From: an uncultured archaeon
Lineage (GTDB): Archaea > Thermoplasmatota > Poseidoniia > MGIII > CAYLMJ01
Length of the DNA stretch: 64,000 bases
Direction: 5' to 3'
Assembly (NCBI GenBank): GCA_964384995.1
Contig: CAYLMJ010000011.1
Coordinates: 4,417 to 68,416 of the forward strand
Shown here: positions 25,460 through 34,206 of the stretch, one piece after another
Layout of the letters: each line of letters starts with the position of its first letter
How positions within the stretch are numbered: the first letter of the stretch is position 1
Notes under the pieces: generated by a model
What the model was told of the DNA's origin: nothing
The model's database searches: none
What the model saw: only the letters and a program-made list of their open reading frames with translations
Made by a program: the position numbers and the translations under genes

Positions 25460-27439
25460 ATGCCACCGGACATGAAGTGGGACTACTCAGAGTATCCCGG
25501 AGCCAAGCTCTATCCTCACATCTTCAAGCCCATCAAGATCCGCAACCTCACCATCCCCAACCGCATCAAGTACGCCGCCACCGAGGACAACTTCAACGCC
25601 CGGGACGGCTTTGTCACCGACGCCGACGTGGCCTACATGCGGGAGCGGGCCAAGGGCGTGGTGGGCGGACTCTGCACCATCCAGGGCGTCTACATGGACG
25701 AGGGGATGGAGGGCAAGGGCTACGTGGGCATGGCCGGCGCCTGGGACGACAAGTACATCCCCGGACTCAAACGGCTCAACGACGCCATCCAGGAGCAGGG
25801 GGCCTACTCGGTCATCCAGCTCATGCACTGCGGCCGCGTGGGCGGTGTTGATGTGGGCTACTGCGTCGGCCCCACCAAGATCCAGCAGAGGCTCAGGGTC
25901 CTTGAACCCGTCCGCGAGATGAGCCACGCCGACATCAAGACCTGTGTACAACAGCACGCCGACGCCGCCCGACGGGGTGTCGAGGCCGGCTACGATGTCA
26001 TGGAGATATCGGGCATCGTGGGCTACCTGCTCTCCAACTTCCTGTCATCCTACACCAACCGGAGGACCGACGAGTACGGCGGCGACATCGAGGGTCGCTG
26101 CACCTTCATGACCGAAACGGTGGGAGCTGTGCGCGACGCCATCGGCGACATGCCCCTGGTCATCCGGCTCTGCGCCGAGGAACTGCTCAACGATGTGGGC
26201 GGCAACACCCCCGAGGAGTGCATGGTCACCTACCGCTTGGCCGAGAAGGCCGGAGTCGATGTCATGAGCGTCACCCAGGGCTGGCAGGAGTCCATCCATC
26301 CGGTCATCTCCCGGGACATCGCCATGGGCTCGTGGCTCTACAACGCCGAGCGGGCCAAGCAGAACCTCTCCATCCCGGTGGCCATGGCCTACCGCCTCTT
26401 CACCCCCGACCTCCCGAACAAGGCCATCGGCGAGGGCAAGCTGGACATCTGGGAGATGTGCCGGTCGCAGATAGCCGACGCCTACATGCCCCAGAAGGTC
26501 CTTGAGGGCAGAGAGGAGGACATCCGCCACTGCGTGGGCTGCAACCTCTGCCTGGCGCGCCTGTTCCGCAACGCCCCCATGACCTGCTTCATCAACCCCA
26601 TCTGCGCTCACGACCACCAGCCGGAGTGGCAGATAACCCCCACCGACGACGAGAAGGAGGTCATGATAGTGGGAGCCGGACCCGCCGGCCTGGAATGCGC
26701 TTGGGTGGCGGCCAAGCGGGGCCACGAGGTCACCGTCTACGACAGTACCTCCGAAGTGGGTGGCAACATCCTCTACGCCGCCAAGGGGCTCCACAACGAC
26801 AGCGAGATGCTCAAGATAGTGGCCTTCCACAAGACCCAGTGCGACAAGAACGGCGTTGAGTTCAAGCTGAACACCTCGGTCACCCCTGCGATGATGGAGG
26901 AGGAGGACCCCGACGTGGTGGTCGTGGCCACCGGCACCACCATCCCCAAACCCCAGGTTCAAGCCAGCGACAAGGTGGGCATGTTCTCAATGCACGAGTA
27001 CCTGGACGGCAAGGCCAAGGTGGGCGACACCGTGGCCGTGCTGGGCAGTCGCAAGCCCGCCATCAGCGTGGCCCTGCTCCTGGCGGCCGAGGGCAAGCGG
27101 GTCTCCCTCATCGCCGAGGAGCGCAAGCTGGGCAAGAACATCAACCCATCCCTGATCTGGCGCTACATGATGAAGCTGGGCCAGGCCCGCATCATGCGCT
27201 ACACCAACGCCAAGGTGCTGGCCATCGAGGACGACCAGGTGGTCATCGAGATGCTCCATGGCATGAAGTTCCCGGTGCCGGCCGACACGGTCATCTACAC
27301 CACCCGGGAGCCCCAGCGTGATCTGGAGAAGGCCGCCCAGGAGCTGGGGGCCGAGACCTACGTCCTGGGGGACGCCATAGTGCCTCGCAATCTTTCCCAT
27401 GCCGTCCATGACGGCTATCGCATCGGCCTGAGGTTATAG
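25460..27439 (+). CDS. OYE/FadH-type flavo-iron-sulfur reductase (2,4-dienoyl-CoA reductase / enoate reductase family: FMN barrel + [4Fe-4S] + FAD/NAD(P) domain)
   Basis: LFKPIKIRNLTIPNRIKYAATED..., HCGRVG, CVGCNLCLARLFRNAPMTC cluster motif, VMIVGAGPAGLECAWVAAKRGHEVTVYD. The start is ATG 25460 or 25403. Confidence 0.8.
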   Translation: MPPDMKWDYSEYPGAKLYPHIFKPIKIRNLTIPNRIKYAATEDNFNARDGFVTDADVAYMRERAKGVVGGLCTIQGVYMDEGMEGKGYVGMAGAWDDKYIPGLKRLNDAIQEQGAYSVIQLMHCGRVGGVDVGYCVGPTKIQQRLRVLEPVREMSHADIKTCVQQHADAARRGVEAGYDVMEISGIVGYLLSNFLSSYTNRRTDEYGGDIEGRCTFMTETVGAVRDAIGDMPLVIRLCAEELLNDVGGNTPEECMVTYRLAEKAGVDVMSVTQGWQESIHPVISRDIAMGSWLYNAERAKQNLSIPVAMAYRLFTPDLPNKAIGEGKLDIWEMCRSQIADAYMPQKVLEGREEDIRHCVGCNLCLARLFRNAPMTCFINPICAHDHQPEWQITPTDDEKEVMIVGAGPAGLECAWVAAKRGHEVTVYDSTSEVGGNILYAAKGLHNDSEMLKIVAFHKTQCDKNGVEFKLNTSVTPAMMEEEDPDVVVVATGTTIPKPQVQASDKVGMFSMHEYLDGKAKVGDTVAVLGSRKPAISVALLLAAEGKRVSLIAEERKLGKNINPSLIWRYMMKLGQARIMRYTNAKVLAIEDDQVVIEMLHGMKFPVPADTVIYTTREPQRDLEKAAQELGAETYVLGDAIVPRNLSHAVHDGYRIGLRL

Positions 27440-27453
27440 GAGGAGGTGAAAAG

Positions 27454-28077
27454 ATGCCTGTGAACCTGGAAAAAGAACTGATGACCATGTACCGCAAGTT
27501 CAACACCCTGGGCAACATCGAGCGGGCCACCTGGTACGAATGGCGCCAGGCCGCTCTGGAGTTCGCCCGAGAGGGCACCGACCCCATGGACCTGGTCCTG
27601 CGGGCCTGGGAGATCGTGGGCCACGACACCGCCAAGAGCTACTTCGGGGGCCTGGACGTGACCAAGGGGCCCAAACGCTTCGTCACCGACATCGCCCGCC
27701 GGATAGTCGCCAGCTCCATCAACATGGGCGAGGACGCCAAGGTGGTGGAGAGCGACAAGGATAACGAGGTCTACGTGCGCTGGGACCGCTGTCCCTGGCC
27801 CGACTTCGCCCGTCGCTACGACGCTCCGATGGAGGAGGACCTGCAGGGTTGCGACAAGTGGTTCATGACGGTCATCGAGGACATCAACGAGGTCTTCAAC
27901 ACCCATGTTCAGCTGGAGACCCAGGCCGCGATCCCCAGCGGCGACTGCCACTGCCTGAGGCGCATCTGGGTGGACGAGTGGCACCACACCAAGGACTACA
28001 CCCTGGTGAAGCCGGGCGAGGAGCCCACCGATGCCTCCAAAGCCAAGGCCAATGCCGGCCAGAAGAAGGAGGCCTGA
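27454..28077 (+). CDS. hypothetical protein, possibly of the L-2-amino-thiazoline-4-carboxylate (ATC) hydrolase-like family
   Basis: 207 aa. VYVRWDRCPWPDFARRYD...LQGCDKWF...ETQAAIPSGDCHCLRRIW resembles the Cys-containing pattern I recall for that family. Weak call. Confidence 0.4.
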   Translation: MPVNLEKELMTMYRKFNTLGNIERATWYEWRQAALEFAREGTDPMDLVLRAWEIVGHDTAKSYFGGLDVTKGPKRFVTDIARRIVASSINMGEDAKVVESDKDNEVYVRWDRCPWPDFARRYDAPMEEDLQGCDKWFMTVIEDINEVFNTHVQLETQAAIPSGDCHCLRRIWVDEWHHTKDYTLVKPGEEPTDASKAKANAGQKKEA

Positions 28078-28079
28078 GG

Positions 28080-28280
28080 ATGGTCATCGAGATCGATGTG
28101 GAGAAGTGCCAGATGTGCGGCGGCCTGTGCGAGCCGGTGTGCGTGGACATCTGTCCGACCTCGGCCCTGATGGTTGGCGACGGCAAGATACTGGTCACCG
28201 AGTTCCTCTGTGAGGACTGCAACGAGTGCGGCTTCGCTTGCCCGGACAAGGCCATGGAGATCGTGAAGGTCACCTGGTAG
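28080..28280 (+). CDS. small 2x[4Fe-4S] ferredoxin
   Basis: 66 aa: MVIEIDVEKCQMCGGLCEPVCVDICP...CEDCNECGFACP. AGGAGG lies 8-13 nt upstream, and ATG 28080 is 2 nt after the previous stop. Confidence 0.8.
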   Translation: MVIEIDVEKCQMCGGLCEPVCVDICPTSALMVGDGKILVTEFLCEDCNECGFACPDKAMEIVKVTW

Positions 28281-28298
28281 TTCGGGTGAACTTGTGAT

Positions 28299-28338
28299 CA
28301 CCACAGAGACACAGAGAGCACAGAGATAGCACAGAGTT
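28299..28338. repeat. CACAGAG heptamer repeat element (4 direct units), copy 1 of 3
   Basis: caccacagagacacagagagcacagagatagcacagag. Units start at 28302/28310/28319/28330 (spacing 8, 9, 11). Lies between convergent stops at 28280 and 28363. Confidence 0.85.
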
Positions 28339-28362
28339 CATCTGTTGTTCAGATATCACGCC

Positions 28363-28977
28363 TCAAGGTTGCTGGAACAGCCAGTTGCTTGCCTGCCCCA
28401 CAGCTTCCATCATCTCGACCACGTAATCCGGCCTCTTATCGTCTCTCCAGCAGGGCATGCCGCCGCGGTCGATGTAGCCCAGGACCTGGTGGAAGACCGA
28501 CCGGGAAAGGATGATGTCGCCGATGGAGAGGATGTCGGTATCCCGATCCGAGGTGATGGGGATGGCGTGGGGGGCGGCGTACTGCAGGAGGAGGCGTTCC
28601 ACCGGTTCCCGGTTGCGATGGCCCTCGGGCTTCTGCTTGAAATCCTCCTGCCGCTCAGGGAAGGGGAACAGCTTGTAGACCTCGCCGATGAAGCCGGAGA
28701 GCAGGGTGCCCTGGATGGCGCCATGGAGACTGCCGATGTCCTCGGGTGATAGGATATGGAACTCCAGGGTCGTGTCAAGATTTGCCTCGACCTGCCCTGC
28801 CTTTGCTTTGCCCACCTCCCCAGCCAATGCCTCCTCTTGCTGTGCCCACTCGATTATCGCGGCGCAGAGGTCGGAGGCGAAGATGAAGTGGTCGTCGATT
28901 AGAAAGCAGTCGGTGTCGATGTTGAAGAAGCCGATGGGGATGTGGCCGCGGCTGAGGGAGTCGAAACCAAGGGGCAT
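28363..28977 (-). CDS. hypothetical protein (204 aa)
   Basis: Start moved to ATG 28977 (MPLGFDSLSRGHIPIGFFNID...) because the longer ORF's N-terminus is translated from the repeat element at 29023..29083. No family recognised. Confidence 0.4.
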   Translation of the reverse strand: MPLGFDSLSRGHIPIGFFNIDTDCFLIDDHFIFASDLCAAIIEWAQQEEALAGEVGKAKAGQVEANLDTTLEFHILSPEDIGSLHGAIQGTLLSGFIGEVYKLFPFPERQEDFKQKPEGHRNREPVERLLLQYAAPHAIPITSDRDTDILSIGDIILSRSVFHQVLGYIDRGGMPCWRDDKRPDYVVEMMEAVGQASNWLFQQP

Positions 28978-29022
28978 GAGTTTCACGAGGTTTGGGTCAG
29001 AGGAGTGATTATATGAAGAATA

Positions 29023-29083
29023 GACACAGATTTCACAGATTGCACGGATTATTTTAATCCGTGAGATCGGTGTAATCCGTGTC
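29023..29083. repeat. CAC(A/G)GAT heptamer hairpin element (3 direct + 3 inverted units)
   Basis: gacacagatttcacagattgcacggattattttaatccgtgagatcggtgtaatccgtgtc. Units at 9-nt spacing with the arms about 22/28 complementary. Lies just 3' of the HdrD-like gene. Confidence 0.8.
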
Positions 29084-29092
29084 AAATGATTA

Positions 29093-30445
29093 TCAGGATT
29101 TCGGCAGTGCCATCTCAACGATCTGGGCCAACTCGAATATCTTCACCTTCGACTTCATCTTCCGTAGCGTGTACCGGAAGTTGTTACAGCACATGGGACA
29201 GGGCGTCACGATGGCGTCCACCTCGCCCATTGCGTCCATCGCGCCCACTGCATTGGCTGGGGAGGCGTTGGTGGGCTCGCTGGGACCATTGTTTTCTTGG
29301 TCATCATCCTCGGCCTTTGCATCGTAGGTGATGGGCCGGGGCAGGCAGAGCTCCAGCTTGCGCCTGGCTATCTCCATGGCCTTCTCTCTCTGATGGGCCC
29401 ACATGCCGCCGCCGCCGCCACAGCACATGGCCTTCTCCCCCGTCGGGTCCATCTCCACCAGCTCCAGGCCCTCTATGGCCCGCAACACCTCCCGCGGCTC
29501 ATCGTACACTCCAGCCTCTCGTCCCAGCGAACACGGGTCATGGTAGGTCACCCGCATCGGTTCTGGCAACGCGAGGTCGATCTTCGTTGCAGGAGGAGGC
29601 GTGGTTGAGCTCTCTGCGACAGCAGGAGGCACAGACCCAACAGCAGGAGGAGGCGAGGGCTGTGTGTCGGCAGATATTGGCTCGTCCTCCGAGGCTTCCT
29701 GCGCATCCCCATTCTCAAGCAGGTACTGCGAGAGATGGAGCACCTCGATGTCACCCAGGTCGAGACCCATGCGATTGGGATAGAGGTTGGTGAAGGCGTT
29801 GAAACAGCCTGCACATGACACGACTACCTTCTTCACCCCGGCCTCCCGGAAGGCATCCAGGGTTCGCGTGGCAATCTCCCGGGCCGCTTCGTCAAGACCC
29901 AGCACCGACAGGGGCTCTCCACAGCAGGGCTCCTCGGGCAGGAGGCGGAAGCCGTCACCCACGTTCTGCAGGACCTTAGCCGTGGCCCGGGCCAGCCTGT
30001 GGGACATCATGGAGGGGGTGCAACCAACCCAGTACAGCGTCTCGGCATCCTCATTGGGCCGTATGCTATCGTCTAGCCACGAGGCCTTGGTGCGGGTCAG
30101 GGACTGGTAGGGACTGCCGGTGTCCAGGATGGTCTGGCCGGTCTGGTTCACAACCTCGGGGGCGTGACCCTCCTCCAGCGCCACTTTTCGCAGGGCCAGC
30201 ACCAGGTCGGGCAGGTCCAGGCCCTCTGTGCACAGCACCTCGCACCGGTCGCACTGGGTGCAGAGCCAGGGCACCTGACCCAGAAAGCCGGGGTCGCTGG
30301 CCAGCCCCAGCTGGAGTCGCCGGACCATGCGGCGGATGTGGAAGTCGGTGACCTCGAAGGTGGGGCAGGCGGCGGTGCAGGTGCCACACTGGATGCAGCT
30401 GCGGATGAGCTGGCCGTATGCATCACGGAGGTTCTGGCCGGCCAT
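29093..30445 (-). CDS. HdrD-like Fe-S protein (2x[4Fe-4S] ferredoxin domain + two CCG domains)
   Basis: CIQCGTCTAACP and CTQCDRCEVLC. CCG-type motifs CCGEP, SCAGCFN, HDPCSLGR, CCGGGGG, TPCPMCCNNF. A Pro/Ser-rich and an acidic insertion lie between the conserved blocks. Confidence 0.8.
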   Translation of the reverse strand: MAGQNLRDAYGQLIRSCIQCGTCTAACPTFEVTDFHIRRMVRRLQLGLASDPGFLGQVPWLCTQCDRCEVLCTEGLDLPDLVLALRKVALEEGHAPEVVNQTGQTILDTGSPYQSLTRTKASWLDDSIRPNEDAETLYWVGCTPSMMSHRLARATAKVLQNVGDGFRLLPEEPCCGEPLSVLGLDEAAREIATRTLDAFREAGVKKVVVSCAGCFNAFTNLYPNRMGLDLGDIEVLHLSQYLLENGDAQEASEDEPISADTQPSPPPAVGSVPPAVAESSTTPPPATKIDLALPEPMRVTYHDPCSLGREAGVYDEPREVLRAIEGLELVEMDPTGEKAMCCGGGGGMWAHQREKAMEIARRKLELCLPRPITYDAKAEDDDQENNGPSEPTNASPANAVGAMDAMGEVDAIVTPCPMCCNNFRYTLRKMKSKVKIFELAQIVEMALPKS

Positions 30446-30447
30446 GC

Positions 30448-32622
30448 TCAGCCACCTCCCCCATCGCCAGCTTCATCCCCATCCTCATCCACATCTTCAT
30501 CCTCTATCCCGTAGGCCTCGGCGTCCAGGCCCAACTTCTCGACCATGTCCTTCATGGTGGCCACGAACTTGGGACCGTCGGCCGCCGACATCCAGACGTT
30601 CCAGATGCGGTCGGTTTTGTAGCCCTTCTTCGCCAGCTTCTTCGTTAGGCGCTCGATGCGCTTTTGGCACTTGTAGTTACCGTTGATGTAATGGCAGGTG
30701 GGGAACTCACAGCCCGCCACCAACACCCCGCCGGCTCCCAGGTCCAAGGCCTGCTGGACCCAGTCGTTCTTCACCCTTCCCGAGCACATGACCCGGATGA
30801 GGCGGGCGTTGGGGGGATACTCGGCGCGGCTGACGCCGGCCAGGTCCACGGCGCCCATGGCGCACCAGTGACAGCAGAAGGCGAGTATCTTCTGCTCGGG
30901 CTCCAGGGCCAGGGCCGAGACGATCTGGGCCTCGATCTGCCGGTCGGAGTAGTGTATGATCTGGATGGCGTCGGAGGGGCACTCTGCGGCGCAGGTGCCG
31001 CAACCCTTGCACAGGGCCTCCAGGGCGTTGGGCACCTTCCGCTTGGCCGCCGGGTCCACGATCTCGATGGCGCTGTAGGGGCAGACCTTGGCGCAGAGGC
31101 CGCATTCGGAGCAGAGGTCGTGATCGATCTGGCAGATGATGCCAGGGGCCTCGATGTAGCCTCGGCGCATGGGTATGACAGCCCGCATGGCCGCCCCCAT
31201 GGCCTCCTCCATGGCCCAGCGCACGCCCTTGGGCGAACGGGCCCCGCCGCAGACATAGAGGCCGTCGCCGGCGAAGTCCAGGGGCGCCAGCTTGATGTGG
31301 GCCTCCTGGAAGTAGCCATCCTTGTCAGACGATACCTTTAGCTGGCCCTTCAGCTCCTCCACCGAGGGGTCACCGACCAGCGCCGTGGTGAGGACCGCCA
31401 GGTCCACGGGTATCTGGAGCTCCACATCCAGAAGCAGGTCCCTGGCCCGCACCATCAGACCGCCGTCATCCCCCATCACCACCTCGGGCGGGGTGTCGGG
31501 GTCATAGCGCACGAGGCGGATGTCATGGCCCTTCAGGGCCTGGCGGACGTAGTTGGCCTCCTCGCCCTGGACGTTTAGGTCGCGATAGAATACGAACACT
31601 GGAGCGGCAGGGTCCCGCTCCTTGAGGGTGATGGCGTTGCGGATGGAGGCCAGACAGCCCACGTTGCAGCAGCCCCGCTCAGCATTGCGCGAGCCGACGC
31701 AGTTGAAGATGGCCACCGCCTTTCCATCCACCTTGGAGGCCTTGGGGTCGGCCAGCATAGCCTCCAGTTGCATCTGGGTGATGACACCGGGATGAGAGCC
31801 AAAGCCGAACAGCCCCTGGGGCTCAAGCTCGCCCATGCCGGTGGCCACGATGATGGTGGAGACCTCCAGCTCGTCGCTGGAACCACCCTTGAGCTGTACC
31901 GAGTAGTTGCCGATGTAGCCGGAGATGGAGCCGGTCACCGTGTTGGTGTGGACCGTGATGTTTGTCGCGGCCTTCACCTCGGCCGCCTGGCGTTCAACCA
32001 TCTTGTGGGCCTCGATGTCGGCGGGGGCCAGCATGTGGAGTCGGTTCAGCAGGCCGCCCAGTCTCGCCTCCCGCTCCACGAGATGGACCTCGAAGCCCTG
32101 TCTCGCCACCCCCAGGGCCGCGGTCATGCCGGCGATGCCGCCGCCGAGGACCAGACAGGTCCGGCCCACCGACAGGCGTATCTCCTGGGCCGGCTCCAGC
32201 AGGCGGGCCTTGGCCACGCCCATGGCCACCAGGTCCATGGCCTTGCGGGTGGCCGCCCCGGGCCGGGAGCGATGGACCCAGGAGCTCTGCTCCCGGATGC
32301 TCACGAACTCCAGCAGGTAGGGGTTGAGGCCGGCCTCCTTCACCGCGTCCTTGAAGAGGGGTTCGTGGGTCCGGGGGGTGCACGAGGCGACGACCACCCG
32401 CTCCAGCTCGTGCTCGTTGATGAACGCCTTGATCTGGGCCAGGTAGTCGGCCGAGCAGATCCAGCGGCCCTCGTCCACGAAGACCACCCCCTCCAGGCCC
32501 TTGGCGTACTCCGCCACCGCCGGCACGTCCACGGTGCCCAGGATGTTGGAGCCGCAGTCGCAGACGAAGACGCCAACGCGGGGGTCCGGTTCATCGGCGG
32601 CCCGGTCAGCCATCGGCCTCAC
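30448..32622 (-). CDS. HdrA-like flavoprotein fused to an MvhD-like domain (QmoB-like architecture)
   Basis: N-domain VGVFVCDCGSNILGTVDV...ASCTPRTHEP, FAD fold LVLGGGIAGMTAAL, CSECGLCAKVCP and CKGCGTCAAECP. MvhD part FCCHWCAMGAVDLAG...RVMCSGRV...VAGCEFPTCHY. Confidence 0.85.
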   Translation of the reverse strand: MRPMADRAADEPDPRVGVFVCDCGSNILGTVDVPAVAEYAKGLEGVVFVDEGRWICSADYLAQIKAFINEHELERVVVASCTPRTHEPLFKDAVKEAGLNPYLLEFVSIREQSSWVHRSRPGAATRKAMDLVAMGVAKARLLEPAQEIRLSVGRTCLVLGGGIAGMTAALGVARQGFEVHLVEREARLGGLLNRLHMLAPADIEAHKMVERQAAEVKAATNITVHTNTVTGSISGYIGNYSVQLKGGSSDELEVSTIIVATGMGELEPQGLFGFGSHPGVITQMQLEAMLADPKASKVDGKAVAIFNCVGSRNAERGCCNVGCLASIRNAITLKERDPAAPVFVFYRDLNVQGEEANYVRQALKGHDIRLVRYDPDTPPEVVMGDDGGLMVRARDLLLDVELQIPVDLAVLTTALVGDPSVEELKGQLKVSSDKDGYFQEAHIKLAPLDFAGDGLYVCGGARSPKGVRWAMEEAMGAAMRAVIPMRRGYIEAPGIICQIDHDLCSECGLCAKVCPYSAIEIVDPAAKRKVPNALEALCKGCGTCAAECPSDAIQIIHYSDRQIEAQIVSALALEPEQKILAFCCHWCAMGAVDLAGVSRAEYPPNARLIRVMCSGRVKNDWVQQALDLGAGGVLVAGCEFPTCHYINGNYKCQKRIERLTKKLAKKGYKTDRIWNVWMSAADGPKFVATMKDMVEKLGLDAEAYGIEDEDVDEDGDEAGDGGGG

Positions 32623-34021
32623 CTCCCCACTCAGCCGCCCTGAGACTGGCGGCGATGGCCTGGGTCACCGATTCGGAGATGTCGATGGGACCTGTGGCCC
32701 CGCCGCAGAGGTAGATGCCCTCGACAGTGGATTCCAGGGGGGCGAAGACCGGGTCCCTCTCGGCGAAGTAGCCCCGCTCGTTCAGCTCCAGGCCCAGCCG
32801 CTTGGCCAGCCTGGCGTTGCGCTGTCCCGGCAGGAGCCCGGCGGCCAGCACCAGCAGGTCCAGCTCCAGGTCATGCAGTTCGCCGGAGTCCAGGTCCTCG
32901 TAGCGCACGGTGAGGCACTTCGTCTCCGGGTCCTGAAAGACATCCGAGGGCTTCCCCTTGAGGTACCTGACGCCATGGCCCTGGGCCCGCCTGACGAAGT
33001 CGTGAAAGCCCTTGCCGTAATCCTTGAGATTGTGATGGAAAACGTAGGCCTCCACCTCCGGGTCGTGCTCCTTGGCGATGATGGTCTGCTTGGTGGAGAA
33101 CATGCAGCAGACCTTGGAGCAGTAGGGTAGGTGACCTCCCTGATCTGCCTTCAGCTCGGCCTGGGGTACCTCGGGTAGCTCATCCTTCAGTCCCACCTCC
33201 CGGCCCACGCACTGGACCCAGCCGATGCGCTTGGGATGCTTGCCGTCGGAGAGCCGGATGATGTCGCCCTCGGTGGGCCCCCCGGCGTTCATGAGCCGCT
33301 CGAACTGCATGGTGGTCAGGACGTTGTCGTATGTGGCGTAGCCGTAGTGGTCGGCCGGGGGCTCGTAGGGTTCCACCCCGGTGGCCACGATGATGCTCTT
33401 GATCCTCAGCTTGTGACGCTTGTCCTTCTGCCACAGCAGGACCGCCTCGGCCCCCTCCTTGCGGCAGGCCACCACGCAATCGGCTATCTGGCACTCCCGG
33501 CACTGGGAGCAGTCGATGATGCAGCGGCCCACGCAGGCGCCAGCATGGTCCATGTGGCCAAAGCGGCACAGGGGGCTCACCACGTAGGTGTTGGGCACGG
33601 CCTGGGGGAAGGGGAGGCCGATGAGCTTGCGGATGCCGCCCAGCTTGCCATCCAGCTCGTCGGGCAGGGAGACCGGGCAGGCCTCGGCGCACTTGGCACA
33701 GCCCTTGCATCTGTCCTCGTCCACGAACTTGGCCTTCTCCACCACCGTGACCTTGAAGTCGCCAGCCTTGCCCTTGACCTTGCGGACGATGGAGTTGGTG
33801 AGCAGGGTGATGTTGGGATGGGTCTGCACCTCGTACATCTTGGGGGCCTCGATGCAGATGGAGCAGTCGTTGGTGGGGAAGGTCTTGTCCAGCCGGGCCA
33901 TGAGCCCGCCGATGGATGGGGTGTCGTCCAGGAGGTAGACCTGCTCGCCAAGGTCGGCCAGGTTGAGGGCGGCCTCGATTCCGGCGATGCCTCCTCCGAT
34001 GACCAGGACCCCGGCCGTCAT
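32606..34021 (-). CDS. HdrA-like flavoprotein, core only (FAD domain with inserted ferredoxin)
   Basis: VLVIGGGIAGIEAALNLA, hallmark LDKTFPTNDCSICIEAPKM, CKGCAKCAEACP, CSKVCCMFS. 17-nt overlap with the downstream HdrA/MvhD gene. Confidence 0.85.
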   Translation of the reverse strand: MTAGVLVIGGGIAGIEAALNLADLGEQVYLLDDTPSIGGLMARLDKTFPTNDCSICIEAPKMYEVQTHPNITLLTNSIVRKVKGKAGDFKVTVVEKAKFVDEDRCKGCAKCAEACPVSLPDELDGKLGGIRKLIGLPFPQAVPNTYVVSPLCRFGHMDHAGACVGRCIIDCSQCRECQIADCVVACRKEGAEAVLLWQKDKRHKLRIKSIIVATGVEPYEPPADHYGYATYDNVLTTMQFERLMNAGGPTEGDIIRLSDGKHPKRIGWVQCVGREVGLKDELPEVPQAELKADQGGHLPYCSKVCCMFSTKQTIIAKEHDPEVEAYVFHHNLKDYGKGFHDFVRRAQGHGVRYLKGKPSDVFQDPETKCLTVRYEDLDSGELHDLELDLLVLAAGLLPGQRNARLAKRLGLELNERGYFAERDPVFAPLESTVEGIYLCGGATGPIDISESVTQAIAASLRAAEWGGEADG

Positions 34022-34206
34022 GGTCCCGCCTCCCGTTGGAAGGTTGGTGGGATGGGCAGAGGGCTGGCAAGCGGGTTGTGGGTCATGGGTCTGCTCCGGT
34101 CAGGATGCAAGGTCATGGGTCAGGTCTGATCATGGTGATGGGGTGGGTCTCTTTGTCTTCTGCCGTCCTCGTTGATGTACTACATGTAATGACGTGGCCA
34201 TGGCGC

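Noticed and set aside
28978-29118. N-terminal extension of ORF 28363..29118 (MRWHCRNPDNHLTRITPISRIKIIRAICEICVYSS...)
   Set aside because: This segment is the translation of the CAC(A/G)GAT hairpin repeat (29023-29083) and overlaps the stop of the HdrD-like gene. The start was moved to ATG 28977.
29093-34021. Looked for in-frame TGA (selenocysteine) or frameshifts in the Hdr-like genes, as occur in some HdrA/MvhD/BamF homologues
   Set aside because: All three ORFs are uninterrupted, with the conserved Cys motifs encoded by TGY codons. There is no evidence for recoding.
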